Virus record (IMG/VR): IMGVR_UViG_3300034073_003178
Coordinates: 52,348 to 72,347 of that record
Reading direction: 5' to 3' (one strand)
Source: an uncultured virus (IMG/VR IMGVR_UViG_3300034073_003178)
Taxonomy: Duplodnaviria > Heunggongvirae > Uroviricota > Caudoviricetes
DNA length: 20,000 nt
Below the pieces are notes generated by a model that saw nothing but the letters and a program-made list of their open reading frames with translations, ran no database searches and was not told the DNA's origin. Of the stretch, positions 16,642-20,000 are shown piece by piece; positions within the stretch are counted from its first letter, which is position 1, and each line of letters begins with the position of its first letter. Made by a program: the position numbers and the translations under genes.

Positions 16642-17088
16642 GCGAAAGAAGGGAAATATCATCAAGGAAGATTTCGCCCAAGAAATCCAGAAAAATATAA
16701 AGGAGATGTAAACAATATTATTTACAGATCTTCTTGGGAATTAAAGTTTCTTCAATGGTGTGATCGTAATGAGAATATTTTAGAATATGGATCTGAAGAA
16801 TTTTTTATTCCATACTTTGATCATACTACTGGAAAAATTAGAAGGTATTTTCCAGATGCTTATGTAAAAGTTAAAGAATCTAGTGGAAATATTAAAAAAT
16901 ATATTATTGAAATTAAACCACTTCGTCAAACAAAACCACCAGTTCCAGGTAAAAAGAAAAAGCAAACTTTAATTACCGAAGCACTTACCTACGAAAAAAA
17001 TTGTGCAAAATGGAAAGCGGCTGAAGAATGGTGTAAAGATAGAATGATGGAATTCAAAATTATCACAGAACGAGAATTACAGTTATAA
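16639..17088 (+). CDS. gp4: Head completion protein, T4 gp4-like (TnsA-like PD-(D/E)xK nuclease fold)
   Basis: YHQGRFRPRNPEKYKGDVNNIIYRSSWELKFLQWCD...SEEFFIPY...RRYFPD...IEIKP...KWKAAEEWC...FKIITEREL. Confidence 0.93.
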   Translation: MAKEGKYHQGRFRPRNPEKYKGDVNNIIYRSSWELKFLQWCDRNENILEYGSEEFFIPYFDHTTGKIRRYFPDAYVKVKESSGNIKKYIIEIKPLRQTKPPVPGKKKKQTLITEALTYEKNCAKWKAAEEWCKDRMMEFKIITERELQL

Positions 17089-17091
17089 ATA
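17084..17091 (+). promoter_or_regulatory. T4-type late promoter TATAAATA upstream of gp48
   Basis: Exact consensus overlapping the gp4 stop codon. AGGAGG Shine-Dalgarno at 17160..17165 precedes gp48. Confidence 0.85.
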
Positions 17092-17173
17092 AAGAATAAA
17101 GAACTTCTATTTTAATGTTGGATAAAAAGAAAACAACTTGGATTCTTACATTCTCGGTTAGGAGGGAGTTCTA

Positions 17174-18640
17174 ATGGCAGAAAGAAGAAATTCACCAATA
17201 ATAACAGTAAAACAACCTTATAGAACTAGTGATGGTACACTTCTATATCTTGGAACCTCCACAGAAGTTCAAAGAGATGCAAATGGAAAGTATGTACCTG
17301 GAAGTGCTGTAACTAGTTTAAGATTATATGATACAACATTTTCTCCTCTTGGAACTGATTTTAAAACAGTAGCAACAAGAAAAGCAGGAGAACCTTGGAC
17401 ATTTACTCAAGGTGCAGATGGAAAACCTATTGCTGGATCAGACTTACAAAAAACTTTATCAAATCAAAATTCATTATTAAACAAAAATTTAAATAATAAT
17501 ATTACTACTGCACTGGGAGCTCCTTTACAAGGTGTTCCTGCAGGAGAAGTAAATAAGAATACAAAACAAGATGCTAACAAAGCAACAGGTCTGAATCAAA
17601 ATACTGCAAAAAATGAAGAAAACACCGGAAATGCATCCAATACTTCTACTGCAGGAGCTGGATCAACAGATCCAAAAGTAACACAACAACAATTAAATAA
17701 TTTAGTAATTGGTAGATCTGATATAAGAAAACCAACTGAATATCAAAATTTAGTATATCCAACAGATCTAGAATCAAGCAGACAAGATATCATTCAATTT
17801 ACAATGAGTGAATATGTGCCAAAACAATTAAATACAAATGTAGTACAACAATTGGAAAGTGGAATATCTCAAGAATCTTTCCTTGGAGATAGATCTAAAT
17901 CTATACGAGCAGGTCAAGCAAAAGTATCTGGAGGAAGAGTAACTTTACCAATTCAACCTACAATTTCAGATTCAAATGCAGTAGTTTGGAATGATCAAAC
18001 AATTAATCCATTTCAAGCAGCTGTAGGTTCTTTTGCATCCAGTCTTATTGAAGGAAATACTAATCTTGAAGGTTCATCAGATTCTAAAACAAACCAAGAT
18101 CAGCAATCTCGTAATGCTCTTAGAGAATTTATAGGAAAATATCTTGCTGGAGAAGCTGCAGGAGGAGAAGGTCAACAACTTTTTACAAGAACAACTGGAG
18201 CAGTTCTTAATCCAAACTTAGAACTTCTTTTCACTGGGCCATCTCTTCGTTCATTTAATTTCACATTTACTATGTCAGCAAGAGAACAAAGCGAAGCAGT
18301 AACAATAAAACAAATTATAAGATTTTTTAAACAAGGAATGTCTGTTAAAAGAGCAGAGTCTTCATTGTTTTTAAAAACTCCACATGTTTTTGATATTAAA
18401 TATGTTTACAGAGGAAATGGACAAAATGAAGTTCATCCTTGGTTGAATACTTTTAAAACATGTGCTTTAACAAATTGTAGTGTCAATTATACACCAGCAG
18501 GAAGTTATGCAACATTTACTGATGGTGCAATGACGCAATATGATCTCAGTTTAACATTCACAGAACTTGAACCAATCTATGATGATGATTATACTCGTAA
18601 TGTTCCAAATGGAAATGCTGATACTCACATAGGTTACTAA
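17174..18640 (+). CDS. gp48: Baseplate tail tube cap, T4 gp48-like, with N-terminal extension
   Basis: LVYPTDL...DIIQF...VTLPIQPTISDSNAVVW...GAVLNPNLELLFTGPSLRSFNFTF...IIRFFKQGM...FLKTPHVF...CALTNCSVNYTPAGSYATF...LTFTELEPI. Confidence 0.9.
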   Translation: MAERRNSPIITVKQPYRTSDGTLLYLGTSTEVQRDANGKYVPGSAVTSLRLYDTTFSPLGTDFKTVATRKAGEPWTFTQGADGKPIAGSDLQKTLSNQNSLLNKNLNNNITTALGAPLQGVPAGEVNKNTKQDANKATGLNQNTAKNEENTGNASNTSTAGAGSTDPKVTQQQLNNLVIGRSDIRKPTEYQNLVYPTDLESSRQDIIQFTMSEYVPKQLNTNVVQQLESGISQESFLGDRSKSIRAGQAKVSGGRVTLPIQPTISDSNAVVWNDQTINPFQAAVGSFASSLIEGNTNLEGSSDSKTNQDQQSRNALREFIGKYLAGEAAGGEGQQLFTRTTGAVLNPNLELLFTGPSLRSFNFTFTMSAREQSEAVTIKQIIRFFKQGMSVKRAESSLFLKTPHVFDIKYVYRGNGQNEVHPWLNTFKTCALTNCSVNYTPAGSYATFTDGAMTQYDLSLTFTELEPIYDDDYTRNVPNGNADTHIGY

Positions 18641-18642
18641 AA

Positions 18643-19767
18643 ATGTCAAATTATTTCAGAAGAGTTCCAAATTTTGAATACATTTCCAGGAATCCAAATG
18701 AAAAAAATATTTCTGATTATGTTCCTGTAAAAAATCTTTTTAAAAGAGGAAAGTTAAGAGAAGATATTTTTGGTAATTTAGCATTCTTTGAAAAATACTC
18801 AATTATTGGTGATGAAAGACCAGATAATGTTGCATTCAAAGTTTATGGAGATGAAAGTTTAGATTGGGTTGTTCTCATTTCAAATAATATTCTCAATATC
18901 TACAGTGAATGGCCTATGACTCAAAGAACCTTTGAAAAAGTCATGTTAGAAAAATATGGTTCTTATGAGAATTTTTATGCAGGTATTCACCATTATGAAA
19001 CTGAAGAAATTAAAAATTCATCTGGGGTCATTGTTTTAAAAGAAGGATTGGAAATTAATCCAACCTGGGAAACAAATGGAAATTTTATTAAATCAATAAA
19101 CTCCAAAATTACAAGTATAACTGTTACCGGAAAAACTGTAAGAGTTGGTATAAAAGATAATATTCCTGGAATGTTTGTCAATAGTCAAGTAGTTATTGAT
19201 GGAATATCTGTAAGAGACTATAATGGAAAATTCTTAGTAACCTCAGTGTTTGATAAAGAATTTACTTATGAACTTACATCAGAACCAAGAAATTCAAATC
19301 CAACACTAATAGATCCTAAAGTTTTACTTATAATAAATGATGACCCATCTAAATTAATTGGAGTTATATCAGATCCATCAGATCAACTGTTACAAGATGA
19401 ATTTCCCAATGCAATATCCGGAGATATAATAACTGATTCAGAAACTGGAGAAATATGGATTTATAATGGATACAGTTGGGTAGAAGAATCTACGATTAAA
19501 AGTTTATATGCATATTATTATGAATACTATGATTCTGATTTAGGACAATTAGTGCAAGTTCCTTCAATAAACTTTATTAGAGAAGTAACAAACTTTGAAT
19601 ATGAAAATCAAATTGAAGAAGAAAAGAGAAATATTTTTATTCTTAAACCAAGATATTTAAATATAGTCTTTGATGATATAGAAGATATCATGACATACAA
19701 AACAGGTGGGGATCAGTATGTGAACCCCACCTTAAAGAGAGCAGATAATATTAGATTATATTACTGA
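18643..19767 (+). CDS. gp53: Baseplate wedge subunit, T4 gp53-like, with internal insertion
   Basis: MSNYFRRVPNFEY...KNLFKRGKLREDIF...ERPDNVAFKVYGDESLDWVVLISNNI...WPM...IHHYET and C-terminal VTNFEYENQIEEEKRNIFILKPRYL. Confidence 0.92.
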   Translation: MSNYFRRVPNFEYISRNPNEKNISDYVPVKNLFKRGKLREDIFGNLAFFEKYSIIGDERPDNVAFKVYGDESLDWVVLISNNILNIYSEWPMTQRTFEKVMLEKYGSYENFYAGIHHYETEEIKNSSGVIVLKEGLEINPTWETNGNFIKSINSKITSITVTGKTVRVGIKDNIPGMFVNSQVVIDGISVRDYNGKFLVTSVFDKEFTYELTSEPRNSNPTLIDPKVLLIINDDPSKLIGVISDPSDQLLQDEFPNAISGDIITDSETGEIWIYNGYSWVEESTIKSLYAYYYEYYDSDLGQLVQVPSINFIREVTNFEYENQIEEEKRNIFILKPRYLNIVFDDIEDIMTYKTGGDQYVNPTLKRADNIRLYY

Positions 19768-20000
19768 TCATTCACCTGCAAGTTTCTGAAAATAAGAAAG
19801 AGCATCATCGTCTTCATCATCGCTAGATGATAGACTATTTAACTGTGCCTTAAGATCATCAGGAACTGGAGGGGCAGACTTACTCTTACGATAAGATGCT
19901 TCAAGTTCTTCCATCACATTCTCTTCAACAGTTCTCTGGGGAGAATAAGACTCATACTGATCTTCTTCGTCAGCGGTAGATGCTCTAGGAGCAACTTTAC
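19768..20000 (-). CDS. gp32: Single-stranded DNA-binding protein, T4 gp32-like, C-terminal part (start lies outside the window)
   Basis: Manual translation ...KVAPRASTADEEDQYESYSPQ...LSSSDDEDDDALSYFQKLAGE*. The acidic tail DDDALSYFxKLA is typical of cyanophage gp32, and gp32 converging on gp53 is the usual synteny. Confidence 0.85.
   Translation of the reverse strand, partial: KVAPRASTADEEDQYESYSPQRTVEENVMEELEASYRKSKSAPPVPDDLKAQLNSLSSSDDEDDDALSYFQKLAGE

Noticed and set aside
16639..17088. TnsA-like nuclease as a sign of a Tn7-type transposon or homing endonuclease
   Set aside because: Sequence and synteny match the core T4-like gp4 head completion gene; no other transposition genes or terminal repeats.
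3619..19181. Short nested or antisense ORFs 3619..3822, 9644..9829, 10019..10222, 16780..16965 and 18993..19181
   Set aside because: Fully contained within larger conserved genes, with no independent evidence of coding.
1071..19767. Bacterial contractile injection system (T6SS/eCIS/tailocin)
   Set aside because: gp4, gp32, cp12, T4 late promoters and gene order identify a T4-like phage genome.
1..20000. Alternative genetic code, introns/inteins, tRNA or other RNA genes
   Set aside because: Genes tile the window under the standard code using TAA, TAG and TGA stops, intergenic gaps are at most 85 bp, and no intein, intron or tRNA signatures were seen by eye.

Overview
An AT-rich, densely coding segment of a T4-like myovirus, almost certainly a cyanophage (Kyanoviridae-like), covering the tail/baseplate morphogenesis module. 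On the minus strand, read right to left: gp19/gp54-like tube gene, gp26, gp51, three tandem paralogous ~900-1100 aa tape-measure/gp29-like proteins, a gp27-like hub, the auxiliary metabolic gene cp12, gp5 (OB-fold, no recognisable lysozyme domain) and two downstream spike-like genes. On the plus strand: gp4, gp48 and gp53, converging on the 3' end of gp32 (SSB). T4-type late promoters (TATAAATA) are present. Most notable: (1) a -1 slippery heptamer T TTT TTC plus downstream hairpin that would fuse gp26 to gp51, like the lambda G/GT chaperone frameshift; (2) a triplicated tape-measure-like scaffold carrying different cell-wall enzyme modules (two SleB-like hydrolases, an amidase, an apparently circularly permuted M23 peptidase and a degenerate SGNH domain); (3) a 103-bp near-identical block shared by two otherwise diverged paralogs; (4) cp12 sitting inside the structural operon. 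All product calls come from motif recognition and synteny, not database searches.
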